Origin: Methanomassiliicoccales archaeon
GTDB lineage: Archaea; Thermoplasmatota; Thermoplasmata; Methanomassiliicoccales; JACIVX01
Assembly (NCBI GenBank): GCA_038850735.1
Contig: JAWCLO010000001.1
Location: forward strand, 16,138-80,137
Direction: 5' to 3'
Length of the DNA stretch: 64,000 bases
Shown here in pieces: positions 8,986-18,289 of this stretch; the stretch's first letter is position 1; each line of letters starts with the position of its first letter. A program made the position numbers and the translations under genes. The notes under the pieces were generated by a model that saw nothing but the letters and a program-made list of their open reading frames with translations, did not search any database and was not told where the DNA came from.

Positions 8986-10393
8986 GGGAATGCTTGATCA
9001 AGTCCTCGAATTCACCTCCTCTTTGAATCTCGATAAACGTCTCGCATGGTACGATGTAGTTGGTTCAATAGCACATGTAAAGATGCTCTCTAAACAAGGC
9101 ATCTTGAGCGATAAAGAATGTAAAGCTATTGTTGATTGCCTGAGAAGAATGCTTGAGAAGATAAACTTGGGTGAGTTCAATCCCCACCATAGTTTTGAAG
9201 ACATCCATTCCTATATAGAATTTGAAATTGTCAAAGAATTGGGTGATACGGGAAAAAAAGTACATACCGCTAGAAGTAGAAATGACCAAGTTGTTACCGA
9301 TTTCAGGATGTTCGTAAGAGATGCAGCTCTTGAATTAATGACACTGATCTGTGATCTTGAGAAGACACTTTTGGCATTGGCAAGAAAGCATACAAAAACA
9401 GTAATGCCAGGTTTTACTCACCTTCAGCATGCCCAACCGATTACCTTAGGCCATCATTTACTTGCTCATTTTGCAAGGTTTGAAAGAGATTTTATGCGAT
9501 TTGCCAAGAGCTACGAGCGAATAAACGTCTCTCCACTTGGAGCAGCAGCGATGGCTGGTACAACATTTGAGATTGACAGATTCTTCACAACTCGACTGCT
9601 TGGGTTTAGATATCCTTCGAAAAATTCGATTGATGCAGTTTCAGATCGGGACTTTGTGGCAGATTTCATTTTCAACTGTAGTATGACGATGATCCATCTT
9701 AGTTCACTATGCGAAGAGCTCATTATATGGAGCACTCCTGAGTTTGGATTTATTGAATTCGAGGACGCTTACTCAACGGGTAGCTCGATCATGCCCCAAA
9801 AAAAGAATCCCGATATAGCGGAGTTAGTTAGGGCTCGATCTGCAAGGGTTATGGGGAATCTTAATACCATTCTAGGCGTGATAAAGAGTTTGCCACTCGC
9901 CTATAACCGAGATCTCCAAGAAGACAAGCCTGCTCTCTTTGACGCGTACGATACAACGAAATCCTGCCTGCGCATGCTCGCTGAATCCCTGTCGTCCATA
10001 AATGTCAATGTCGGGAAAATGAGGAAGAGTGCTGAGCAGGGGTATTTGAATGCGACAGATCTTGCAGACTATCTCGTGCTGAAAGGTATTCCTTTTAGAG
10101 AGGCTCATGAGCTCGTTGGAAAAATCGTCAAATACGCGATCGAAAATAACAAGAAACTCGAAGAACTTGATATTTTAGAGATGAAGAGATTCTCCGATAA
10201 GATTGACGATGATGTGGCTTCTTTTCTTTCAATCGATGCATGTATCGATAGGAGAAAGACATACGGAGGAACCTCTCCAGAAGCCGTCAAGAATCAAATC
10301 GCAGAATGCACGCTATTGTTGAAAAGACAAAGAAATTTCACTTCTTACGAAAAAGCTAGGCTGAAAAAAATATGGCAGAGACTTCTTTCATGA
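8948..10393 (+). CDS. argH: Argininosuccinate lyase
   Basis: Fumarate-lyase signature GSSIMPQKKNPD. The track start at 8915 would overlap argG by 71 nt. The in-frame GTG at 8948 gives VSNKTLWQGRF, the usual ArgH N-terminus. The start choice is an inference. Confidence 0.9.
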   Translation: MSNKTLWQGRFDKGMLDQVLEFTSSLNLDKRLAWYDVVGSIAHVKMLSKQGILSDKECKAIVDCLRRMLEKINLGEFNPHHSFEDIHSYIEFEIVKELGDTGKKVHTARSRNDQVVTDFRMFVRDAALELMTLICDLEKTLLALARKHTKTVMPGFTHLQHAQPITLGHHLLAHFARFERDFMRFAKSYERINVSPLGAAAMAGTTFEIDRFFTTRLLGFRYPSKNSIDAVSDRDFVADFIFNCSMTMIHLSSLCEELIIWSTPEFGFIEFEDAYSTGSSIMPQKKNPDIAELVRARSARVMGNLNTILGVIKSLPLAYNRDLQEDKPALFDAYDTTKSCLRMLAESLSSINVNVGKMRKSAEQGYLNATDLADYLVLKGIPFREAHELVGKIVKYAIENNKKLEELDILEMKRFSDKIDDDVASFLSIDACIDRRKTYGGTSPEAVKNQIAECTLLLKRQRNFTSYEKARLKKIWQRLLS

Positions 10394-12424
10394 TCCTTGT
10401 GCCAAAGCCCTAGCCAAGTTGACGATGTTGACTACCTGCATCCCGGAATCCGTGATTCTAATTGCATCCTGGAAATTTCTTTCGCAGAATGAGCATGCAG
10501 TGACGAGATGTGAAGCACCAGTCTTCTTCGCCTGCTCAAGGCGCTTCCCTGCAATGAAGGTTGCTAGTTCAGGATGACTCTTTTTCACTCCGGCACCAGC
10601 ACCGCAGCAAATAGCTCTATCCTTTGTAAATTCCATTTCAGTTAACACTAGGCCAGGAATCGACTCAAGGATCAATCGAGGGGGCTCAAAAATTCCTCTG
10701 TGCCTACCAAGGTCGCAGGGATCGTGGTAGGTGACTTGAAGATGCGATCTATCGAACGAAATTCGACCATCATCAATAAGTGATGCAATTGTCTGAGTGA
10801 TGTGCTCAATTTCAATGTCGAATGATGAATCATAATGTGAGTAGATAGATAGAGTATTAAAACAACCAGGACATGGGGTGATGATTTTTCTTACGCCAGC
10901 CTCTTTTATTTTCTGAATGTTCCTTTGCACTAATGATAAGAAAATGTCTTTCGCTCCAATCTTATAGAATGGTGATCCGCAGCACATTTCATTAGAACCC
11001 ATGTATGCAACATTAATACCCACCGATTGAAGAATTTCGACCGAACTTCTTGAGATTTCCGGGGCTCGAAGAGAATTGAAACAACCGGCAAAAAAAAGAA
11101 TCTCACCGCTTGTTGGCAAATCTAGACCATGAGCCCATTGTGGACGACTTCCAGAGGGTTCATTCCATGGATTCCCTGATGCTGCTACATTCTTAATCAT
11201 TTCTTCTTGTGCGGGCAGCGGCAAGAAACCCTGCTTAATCGCCTTATACCTCGCCTCTCTTATCAAATTGGGAATATCGATTCTTAGAGGACACATCTCT
11301 TTGCAGAGTCCGCATTCTGTGCAGAAGGTAAGGCCACCGCCAATAGCGTGTTCATACCCGTCAAGCTCAGCGGCGAAGCATACACCTCTTCCGCCAAGAT
11401 ACGCATGACTGCCAAAATCTGGACCAAGAATGTCGTAAACTGGACATTTCAATAGACAGCTTCCACAATTAATACAATATAACACTTCTTTGTTTTCAAT
11501 AAGGCTTCTGCCATTGTCAAGAAGTATAAGCACTACCTCCTTCGGACCGTGCATCCCGTAGAACATAATCTTTTCGATGTCTGCAGTTCTACTGGGAGCA
11601 CTGATGACATCAATAAACGAACTGTTCAGACTGCCGGTTCCATATAGAATCTGAATCTTCGCTAAATTCATAGCCTCATCGAGATTTGGCACGATTTTTT
11701 CAATTGAGCTGATTATGATGTGCTTCTTAGGGCGCCGAGCGCACGCTGTAATGTTTCCTTCATTGTGCACGAGAATGATCGATCCTTCTTCCGCAGCAAT
11801 GAAATTGGCACCAGTTATTCCAATCGACGCTTGAGAAATGAAGCACGTGATTTCATTTCTTATTGCCTCTGTGAGTTTCTCAGGCGTGGGCTCTATTTTC
11901 TGTCTCAAATGCTTGCTTAGTATTAGTGCAACATCGTATCTCGTGAGATGTGCCGCTGGACCAGTTGGGTGTACTGTACGTTCCTTGGCTACCTGAATTA
12001 TGCGGTCTCCTGCATCCGTTTCGATGCATACGATTCCTTTCGATTCAAGAAAACCCGTGAGCTCGATTTCCTTCGAAACGTTGGATTTGGATTTGACCAC
12101 AAGTTTCTCGCCTCCAATCTCATCCAGAATCATGTCAAGAGCTTCTTGCTTGGAGTGGGCGATTCGAACTCTAATGCCGTTTGCGCTCATGCGCTCAACA
12201 GCTTTTTTCACGATGCTAAGATCCCTAAATGTCTGCTGCCGGACTTCCCTTGCCCTTTCCATTCGCTCATTTAATTTTTCAATCATTTCCTTATTCTTTT
12301 CTTGCGAGTGTATTGCTGTTTCAAAAGCACGACGCATGCCCTCTAATTTCCCATAATTCTCTATTGCGCTTCTAATCATGGTATGCGTAATCTTCGCAAA
12401 GAAGTCCGGTGCGTTTTTCATCAA
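10388..12424 (-). CDS. Fusion oxidoreductase: N-terminal LUD (LutB/LutC-like) domain, 2x[4Fe-4S] ferredoxin domain, and two CCG cysteine-rich domains (LutA/HdrD/GlpC-like)
   Basis: 678 aa. Fe-S motifs CINCGSCLLKCP and CTECGLCKEMCP. CCG-type motifs (MCCGSPF, HDPCDLGR, ICCGAGAG). The N-terminal third resembles the lactate-utilisation LUD domain. Assignment is by motif recall. Confidence 0.7.
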   Translation of the reverse strand: MMKNAPDFFAKITHTMIRSAIENYGKLEGMRRAFETAIHSQEKNKEMIEKLNERMERAREVRQQTFRDLSIVKKAVERMSANGIRVRIAHSKQEALDMILDEIGGEKLVVKSKSNVSKEIELTGFLESKGIVCIETDAGDRIIQVAKERTVHPTGPAAHLTRYDVALILSKHLRQKIEPTPEKLTEAIRNEITCFISQASIGITGANFIAAEEGSIILVHNEGNITACARRPKKHIIISSIEKIVPNLDEAMNLAKIQILYGTGSLNSSFIDVISAPSRTADIEKIMFYGMHGPKEVVLILLDNGRSLIENKEVLYCINCGSCLLKCPVYDILGPDFGSHAYLGGRGVCFAAELDGYEHAIGGGLTFCTECGLCKEMCPLRIDIPNLIREARYKAIKQGFLPLPAQEEMIKNVAASGNPWNEPSGSRPQWAHGLDLPTSGEILFFAGCFNSLRAPEISRSSVEILQSVGINVAYMGSNEMCCGSPFYKIGAKDIFLSLVQRNIQKIKEAGVRKIITPCPGCFNTLSIYSHYDSSFDIEIEHITQTIASLIDDGRISFDRSHLQVTYHDPCDLGRHRGIFEPPRLILESIPGLVLTEMEFTKDRAICCGAGAGVKKSHPELATFIAGKRLEQAKKTGASHLVTACSFCERNFQDAIRITDSGMQVVNIVNLARALAQGS

Positions 12425-12451
12425 TTGAACAGACCTCCAACCTTAGATATT

Positions 12452-12820
12452 TCATTCTTCGATAAACAAAGAAGCATCCCACTCTAAGTCATGAGCAACC
12501 CCAGCTTTCGTAAGCAATCTGCTCAATTTCTCTGCAACCCTCACGACATCGCCGCCCTTCGAAGTGCCTTTTACATAAAACTCGCTTCTGCCTATTGGAA
12601 AGATCAATTTCATTTTTCCTTTTCTATTGTAGCCCTCTGGTTTTCGATCCCTCTCTAATTCAACTTGGTTCAGATATATGAACATCTGAAGGATATCTTC
12701 GTCTTCAGGCATCTGCTCAGTTTCTTCAAGAAAAGTTCTTAGAATTTCTGGAAAGACCTTTGCAAGTTGCTTATATGAGAAATTTTTCTTGAAAATAAAA
12801 TGACCGCTGGTCGCCTTCAT
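12452..12820 (-). CDS. Hypothetical protein (122 aa), 27 nt upstream of and co-oriented with the LUD/HdrD-like fusion
   Basis: Intact ORF with an ATG start and no recognised motif. Confidence 0.4.
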   Translation of the reverse strand: MKATSGHFIFKKNFSYKQLAKVFPEILRTFLEETEQMPEDEDILQMFIYLNQVELERDRKPEGYNRKGKMKLIFPIGRSEFYVKGTSKGGDVVRVAEKLSRLLTKAGVAHDLEWDASLFIEE

Positions 12821-12972
12821 TACTCCGTTCGATTGTCAAGTTTCTATTTAAACCTGTTGAATTCGAGAGGCTTATGTTCATGTACTTTGAAAATTTATAC
12901 GGCCAAGCGGAAGGATAGGAATAAAATAAGTGCATGAATTTGTAGGATTCTGGAAATCGCGAGGGATAAGGT

Positions 12973-14331
12973 ATGGAGAAAGATTTAGGAAAAAAGGTAG
13001 TATTGGCCGTCGCGGGTTCAGATTCGATTGGTGGTGCAGGACTCCAGGCGGACATAAAGGCACTCGCGTCACTCGGTGTTCACTGCGCATCTGTCATTAC
13101 CGCCATTACTTCCCAGAATACCCAATCTGTAAGAAGAATCTTTCCCATACCAAAGGAAGAGATCATTTACCAGATAGATGCCATAATGGAGGATACAAAA
13201 GTTGCTGCTGCAAAAACGGGAATGCTGTATAGCGCGGAGATTGCGGCTGCCGTAGCAAGCAGAATGAAAAACTGTGACTTTCCAATCATCGTGGATCCTG
13301 TCCTTGTTGCAGGTGTCGGAGACCCTCTTTCCACAGAAGATTTGATCCAAGCGCTCATCGAGGAAATGATTCCACTCGCTTCGTTAGTAACACCAAATAT
13401 ACCAGAAGCGGAAACCATTACTGGCATAAGAATAAGCACATCAGAAGATCGAATTAAGGTTTGCGAGAGATTCGTTGAGATTGGTGCGAAATCCGTTCTC
13501 CTCAAGGGAGGTCATACTGCTTCAGAATATGGAGAACAGATTGTTGATACATTTTATGCAGATGGTGAAATTATCGAGTACAGGCATCCCCGCAGTGAGC
13601 ACAGAGGCCATGGAGGAGGATGCATTCTTTCTTCTTTCATCGCCGGTTATCTGGCAATGGGAATGTCTCTAACAGAATCCGTATCCAAAGCCAGCAGACG
13701 AATTGAGGATTCGATACTGATGAGTTATGCGGTCGGAAAGGGCTCTAAAATTGTAAACGCGATGGCAACTGCGGAAAAAGAAATGGAGAAATACTCCGTC
13801 GAAAAAGCCTTAAGGATTGCAATAAAGCAGCTCGAATCGATACTTCCTGTTTCATGGATTCCAGAAGTAGGCATTAATTTCGCATACGCTCTTCCGTTTG
13901 CCAAAGAGCCCGAAGAGGTGTGTGCGCTCGAGGGGCGAATTGTAGCTGTTGATGGCAAACCTTTGCATGTTGGCTGCGTTGATTTTGGTGCTTCAAGACA
14001 CGTGGCTCAAGTTGTGCTTAGTGCGATGCGTTTCGATCCTTCGAAGAGGTCTGCAATCAACATACGATTCAGCGAAGAAACTCTAAGGCGCTTTCAAGAG
14101 AGAGGTCTCTCAATATCAGAATTTGAAAGAAGAAAAGAGCCAAATGGAAGAAAAACTATGGAATGGGGGACCGAAGAAGCAATTAGAAAAGCGGGATTTG
14201 TACCTGACGTAATTTACGATCGCGGTGGTCATGGCAAAGAACCAATGATCCGTATCATCGGAACAGATCCTTTTGATGTCATTGAAAAAATCAGTATGAC
14301 CCTGAGATCTGAAGCTACGGTGGTATCGTGA
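12973..14331 (+). CDS. thiDN: Bifunctional ThiD-ThiN: hydroxymethylpyrimidine/phosphomethylpyrimidine kinase fused to archaeal thiamine-phosphate synthase
   Basis: 452 aa. The N-terminal half has ThiD motifs (AGSDSIGGAGLQADIK, LLKGGH). The C-terminal ~180 aa resembles the ThiN domain found fused to ThiD in archaea. Confidence 0.85.
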   Translation: MEKDLGKKVVLAVAGSDSIGGAGLQADIKALASLGVHCASVITAITSQNTQSVRRIFPIPKEEIIYQIDAIMEDTKVAAAKTGMLYSAEIAAAVASRMKNCDFPIIVDPVLVAGVGDPLSTEDLIQALIEEMIPLASLVTPNIPEAETITGIRISTSEDRIKVCERFVEIGAKSVLLKGGHTASEYGEQIVDTFYADGEIIEYRHPRSEHRGHGGGCILSSFIAGYLAMGMSLTESVSKASRRIEDSILMSYAVGKGSKIVNAMATAEKEMEKYSVEKALRIAIKQLESILPVSWIPEVGINFAYALPFAKEPEEVCALEGRIVAVDGKPLHVGCVDFGASRHVAQVVLSAMRFDPSKRSAINIRFSEETLRRFQERGLSISEFERRKEPNGRKTMEWGTEEAIRKAGFVPDVIYDRGGHGKEPMIRIIGTDPFDVIEKISMTLRSEATVVS

Positions 14332-15476
14332 GAATAGCAATGTTTACGGAAACCTATTTGCCCACACGTGATGGAGTCGTTACCTCCGTATTGACCACAA
14401 AGAGAACTCTTGAGGAAATGGGACACGAAGTCTATATATTTGCACCCGAACCAGCAGATGAAAAAGACAAAGAAAGCGGCGTATTTTATTTCAAATCAAT
14501 TAGCTTTAGAAAATATCCCAGTTACCGAATCGCTCCATTTCCATCAGACAAATGCAGAATTTTAAGGGAACTGGACGTGGATTTGATTCATTCGCATGGC
14601 CTTTTTTACATGGCTTTGCGAAGCATGTTTGCGGCTAGGTCTTTGAAAAAACCGGTCGTTATCTCGTTTCATACGATGGTAACAGATGCGGCGAGGTATT
14701 TTCTGCAGATCCCTATACCTGAGAACGTCATCAACAGGCTTGCTTGGATATACCTTCGGGAGCTCCTTGAACGCGCTAATGCGGTTGTTGTTCCGAGCCA
14801 CGCTATTCTTGAAGAACTTAAACAGAAAGCACCGACAATGAAGAGGGTTGAAGTCATTCCCACGGGAATCGATTGCTCAAAGTTCAATCCGACTTTGGAT
14901 GGCTTTTTCGTTCGGAAAAAATATGGTGTCGAAAAAAACAGGATCGTACTTCACCTAGGAAGGATCTCATGGGAAAAGAATATCGATCTCGTGCTCAGGG
15001 GATTCTCGATCTTGGCAAGTAAGTACGATGACGTCGTACTCATGATCGTAGGTGACGGACCGGCAAGATCTTACTATATGAAGCAGGCTGATGATTTGAG
15101 AATTGCAGACAGAGTAATCTTTACAGGATTTGTTCCAGATGATGAAATTCCCCTGCACTATGCGGCTTGTGATGCTTTTATTACTGCGTCGAAGTTTGAG
15201 ACGCAAGGTCTTGTCATTCTCGAGGCAATGGCCTGCGGGAAACCGGTTGCTGGTATCAATTACAGAGCGGTTGCTGAAATCATTGGTAAGGAAAATCCAT
15301 CCTGTCTCTTCGAGGAGGATCCAGTGAGTTGTGCTAATGCGATTGAAAATGCACTCAATTGCAAAGAGGAAAATAGAGCATTGATAAGGAATAGAGCTAC
15401 CCAGTTCTCTGCAAAGGATAGCGCTCGGAAGCTCTGTCGCTTATACGATGAATTGATCAAAGAAATGAATGAGTAG
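14328..15476 (+). CDS. Glycosyltransferase family 4 (GT-B)
   Basis: 382 aa. Typical GT4 N-terminus MRIAMFTETYLPTRDGV and the C-terminal E-x7-E region (ETQGLVILEAMACGKPV). The GTG start overlaps the thiDN stop (GTGA). Confidence 0.85.
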   Translation: MRIAMFTETYLPTRDGVVTSVLTTKRTLEEMGHEVYIFAPEPADEKDKESGVFYFKSISFRKYPSYRIAPFPSDKCRILRELDVDLIHSHGLFYMALRSMFAARSLKKPVVISFHTMVTDAARYFLQIPIPENVINRLAWIYLRELLERANAVVVPSHAILEELKQKAPTMKRVEVIPTGIDCSKFNPTLDGFFVRKKYGVEKNRIVLHLGRISWEKNIDLVLRGFSILASKYDDVVLMIVGDGPARSYYMKQADDLRIADRVIFTGFVPDDEIPLHYAACDAFITASKFETQGLVILEAMACGKPVAGINYRAVAEIIGKENPSCLFEEDPVSCANAIENALNCKEENRALIRNRATQFSAKDSARKLCRLYDELIKEMNE

Positions 15477-15518
15477 TTTTGGAAAAGTAGAAGTAAGTGT
15501 AGGAAACTACATCATCGA

Positions 15519-16115
15519 ATGTTTGATCTCGGTCAGGCCATATACTCAATTTTCTCCCCACTCGGTCTTACTGGAATGCTGAGTTGCATTTTCATCCTTT
15601 TTTACGTAGATGCAATTCTATTTCCAACATTGCCTGAATTGTTCACGGTCATCATATTTATGGCAAAACCCGAGTTGTGGTTTGGCCTTGCCATCCTTAT
15701 GGCAATTGCGGTCTCTGAATTTCTAGGTCTGACAACGCTCTATTTAATCGTAAGAAAAGTGACCGTGCCGCAATGGATCGAAAAAGCCGCAAACAAGTAC
15801 AGAAAATGTCTCATCATGGGGGACGAGAGAATAATTTTGCTAAATCGTCTCGCTCCCGTATTGCCATTCATGGGAGCATTTGTTGCGATTTGCAAATGGT
15901 CGTACGTAAAATCTGCATTTTACACGTTGATTGGAGGAGTCAGCAAATATGGTCTTATCCTGGCTGCGAGCGGGGTTTTCTTTGCGCTCTTTTCCAGCGG
16001 CTTGGCCCAGATAATTACTCTTTCAATGGTCGCCATTGTCATTGCAATTAGTTTCACCCTATCCTACATGAGAGGTCGGAGGCTGGGAACGAGTAATGAG
16101 AATCGTCATGGTTAA
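15519..16115 (+). CDS. Polytopic membrane protein, DedA/VTT-like (tentative)
   Basis: 198 aa with at least 4 hydrophobic helices. It lies between two GT4 genes and overlaps the next gene by 20 nt. The family assignment is weak. Confidence 0.45.
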   Translation: MFDLGQAIYSIFSPLGLTGMLSCIFILFYVDAILFPTLPELFTVIIFMAKPELWFGLAILMAIAVSEFLGLTTLYLIVRKVTVPQWIEKAANKYRKCLIMGDERIILLNRLAPVLPFMGAFVAICKWSYVKSAFYTLIGGVSKYGLILAASGVFFALFSSGLAQIITLSMVAIVIAISFTLSYMRGRRLGTSNENRHG

Positions 16116-17187
16116 TCCATTTCATTATCCATTTCTTGGTGGAATTGAACACCGAATACATCATGTATCGAAGAGACTTGCAAGAAGACACGATGTTTAT
16201 GTCGTCACCGGACAACTGCCTGGAACCAAGAATGTAGAAGAGATCGATGGCTACCAAGTCATTAGGCTCCCTTCCAAGTTTGTTAATATATACAATCCGC
16301 CCGCGATCTTTACAAGAGGAGTTGGCGCAATATTGAAACAGCTAGATCCTGACATTATAGATTTTCATTATAGGTGGGCTCCAGGTTATACGAAATCTGT
16401 CCTTTCAATCGATGCGAAGAAGATATTCACTTGGCATAATGCCTTCGGAGAGGGCGATGGAGCGATCAGGGCTCTAAGCATAATAAACGATATGGTATTT
16501 GCCAGACATGTCTCATCCTTTGATCGAATAATCTGCGTGAGCAACTTCGTTGCTGAGGATCTTCTCTTAAGAGGATTCCCCCCCGAATTACTAGCAGTTG
16601 CACCAAACGGTGTCGAACTCCCCTCTAAGGAGAAGATTGGCAAGGAAGAGGATTATATACTTTTTATCGGGAGGCTAGTGAGGACTAAAGGACTCCGTTA
16701 TCTCATTAAAGCAATGAGAGATGTTGACGGAAAATTGATTATTTGCGGATCAGGACCTCAACTCAAACAGTTGCGATCAATCGCTGTTCGTAATGACCTT
16801 CAGAAAAAGATCAGCTTCACTGGTAGGATCTCCGAAGAATCCAAAAACGAATTTTTAGCTAAATGCATGCTATTTGTCATGCCTTCGCTCATCGAGTCTT
16901 ACGGAATTGCTGCTGCCGAAGCCATGTCCTATGGCAAACCTGTTATAGGCACTAGGGTAGGCGGGCTACCTGAGGTAATTGGAGATGGTGGCATTATTGT
17001 TAGGCCAAGGGATCCAGATGCGCTGGCGCGGTCGATAAATCTTCTAATAGAGTCAGATGATCTTAGAAAGGAATTAGGACGTAAAGCAAGAGAAAGAGCA
17101 GAAGGATTTTCTTGGGATACTATTGCTGAAAAAGTTGAAGGGATTTATGGCGCCTGTGTGCATGAGCGAAGTGGTTTGCTCAAATGA
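16096..17187 (+). CDS. Glycosyltransferase family 4 (GT-B)
   Basis: 363 aa. MRIVMVNPF N-terminus and ESYGIAAAEAMSYGKPVIGTRVGGLPEV donor-binding region. Confidence 0.85.
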   Translation: MRIVMVNPFHYPFLGGIEHRIHHVSKRLARRHDVYVVTGQLPGTKNVEEIDGYQVIRLPSKFVNIYNPPAIFTRGVGAILKQLDPDIIDFHYRWAPGYTKSVLSIDAKKIFTWHNAFGEGDGAIRALSIINDMVFARHVSSFDRIICVSNFVAEDLLLRGFPPELLAVAPNGVELPSKEKIGKEEDYILFIGRLVRTKGLRYLIKAMRDVDGKLIICGSGPQLKQLRSIAVRNDLQKKISFTGRISEESKNEFLAKCMLFVMPSLIESYGIAAAEAMSYGKPVIGTRVGGLPEVIGDGGIIVRPRDPDALARSINLLIESDDLRKELGRKARERAEGFSWDTIAEKVEGIYGACVHERSGLLK

Positions 17188-17255
17188 ATTGTCTTGACAA
17201 ATATCGTTAATAAATCAATACAATAAACAAGCAGTCTTCTCAAAAAAACTCATTA

Positions 17256-18188
17256 TTATAAAACAGCCAAGAGCGTTACCGTGAAGTAGAGTGTCTTTCC
17301 AACAACTTCTGGGTTGTAATTCAGTATCATAGTACCGCTGGTTTCGTCCACTCTATCAACATAGAACTGGTTTCCGTTTATATCAATACCCTTTACCATC
17401 CCAGAGTCCGCTTCTGTTAGAAGGTTTCGCACTTTTATCAAGCCCGTACCTCCATTTGCGGAGGAGTCTATGAGTTCTACTCGAACATTCCAACCAGTTG
17501 GAGTCGAAGATTTTGAATCATAGTAAACAAGATAATGAGCCCCCGCGACGGGGTTGTTCATCACCCGAACCATGCCAGTTTGGGTGTTGACTTCCAGGCA
17601 GATCACATCCCACCCCCAAAATGGATGTGTAATAGTAAGTCCGGTTCTCGGCGTTTCGGAGAATTTTGCAATGAATGAAGAAAGATTATATTGCTCAAAA
17701 ACGGGCAGTTCTTCTACCAAAGCCTTTGTCACAAGCTTTGATACGTCAGTCTCACCATATCCTAGCCTGGGCGAAACAGAAATCACCCTCGTTTCATTAA
17801 TCGCCATCCCTATTATCCCCCGTTCAAAACCAGGAATCATCTGCCCGCTCCCAATTTTAAATTCTAATGGCTTATATGTGGACTGGTTTCTGAGCGTAAA
17901 GGATAGTGATTTGGGATACATGGCATCATTCGATGCAACGTCCCAAATAGAGGTGTCGAAAACCCTACCATCAGCAAACCTTCCAATGTAATCCACTCTG
18001 ACCTTGTCACCCCATTTTGCTTTAACAATTATTGGAGATGACTCGCTCATTGTGCCCTCATAAACTAGAATGGCAACGCTGCTTGCGCCAACTAAAAGGA
18101 CTGCTATCAGAACGATAAACGCGATATTAAGAGCCGCTGCAAAATCTTTTATCCTGATAACTGATTTCATGAGAATGCAATCGAGCAA
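17256..18188 (-). CDS. Membrane-anchored FKBP-type peptidyl-prolyl isomerase with an uncharacterised C-terminal domain
   Basis: 310 aa. N-terminal TM helix (IAFIVLIAVLLVGASSVAILV) and an FKBP core (GDKVRVDYIGRFADGRVFDTS ... FKIGSGQMIPGFERGI ... GYGE). The last ~150 aa are unassigned. The true start may be the Met at 18170. Confidence 0.75.
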   Translation of the reverse strand: MLDCILMKSVIRIKDFAAALNIAFIVLIAVLLVGASSVAILVYEGTMSESSPIIVKAKWGDKVRVDYIGRFADGRVFDTSIWDVASNDAMYPKSLSFTLRNQSTYKPLEFKIGSGQMIPGFERGIIGMAINETRVISVSPRLGYGETDVSKLVTKALVEELPVFEQYNLSSFIAKFSETPRTGLTITHPFWGWDVICLEVNTQTGMVRVMNNPVAGAHYLVYYDSKSSTPTGWNVRVELIDSSANGGTGLIKVRNLLTEADSGMVKGIDINGNQFYVDRVDETSGTMILNYNPEVVGKTLYFTVTLLAVL

Positions 18189-18289
18189 TTAATTTTCGTC
18201 ATATAAACCTTATCTAGCTTTGAATTCCGAAAGATCTTCCAGAATTCCGGGATTCTTTTTATATGAGGCAGACATTATCTGCCCCCTCG

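Noticed and set aside
12821-12972. Possible TPP (THI-box) riboswitch upstream of thiDN, since such elements are known in Thermoplasma-like archaea
   Set aside because: I could not find the conserved CUGAGA and ACCUGAUCUGGAUAAUGCCAGCG core elements. Only vague resemblances are present (ACCTGTTGAA, GGAAGGATAGG). An Infernal scan would be decisive.
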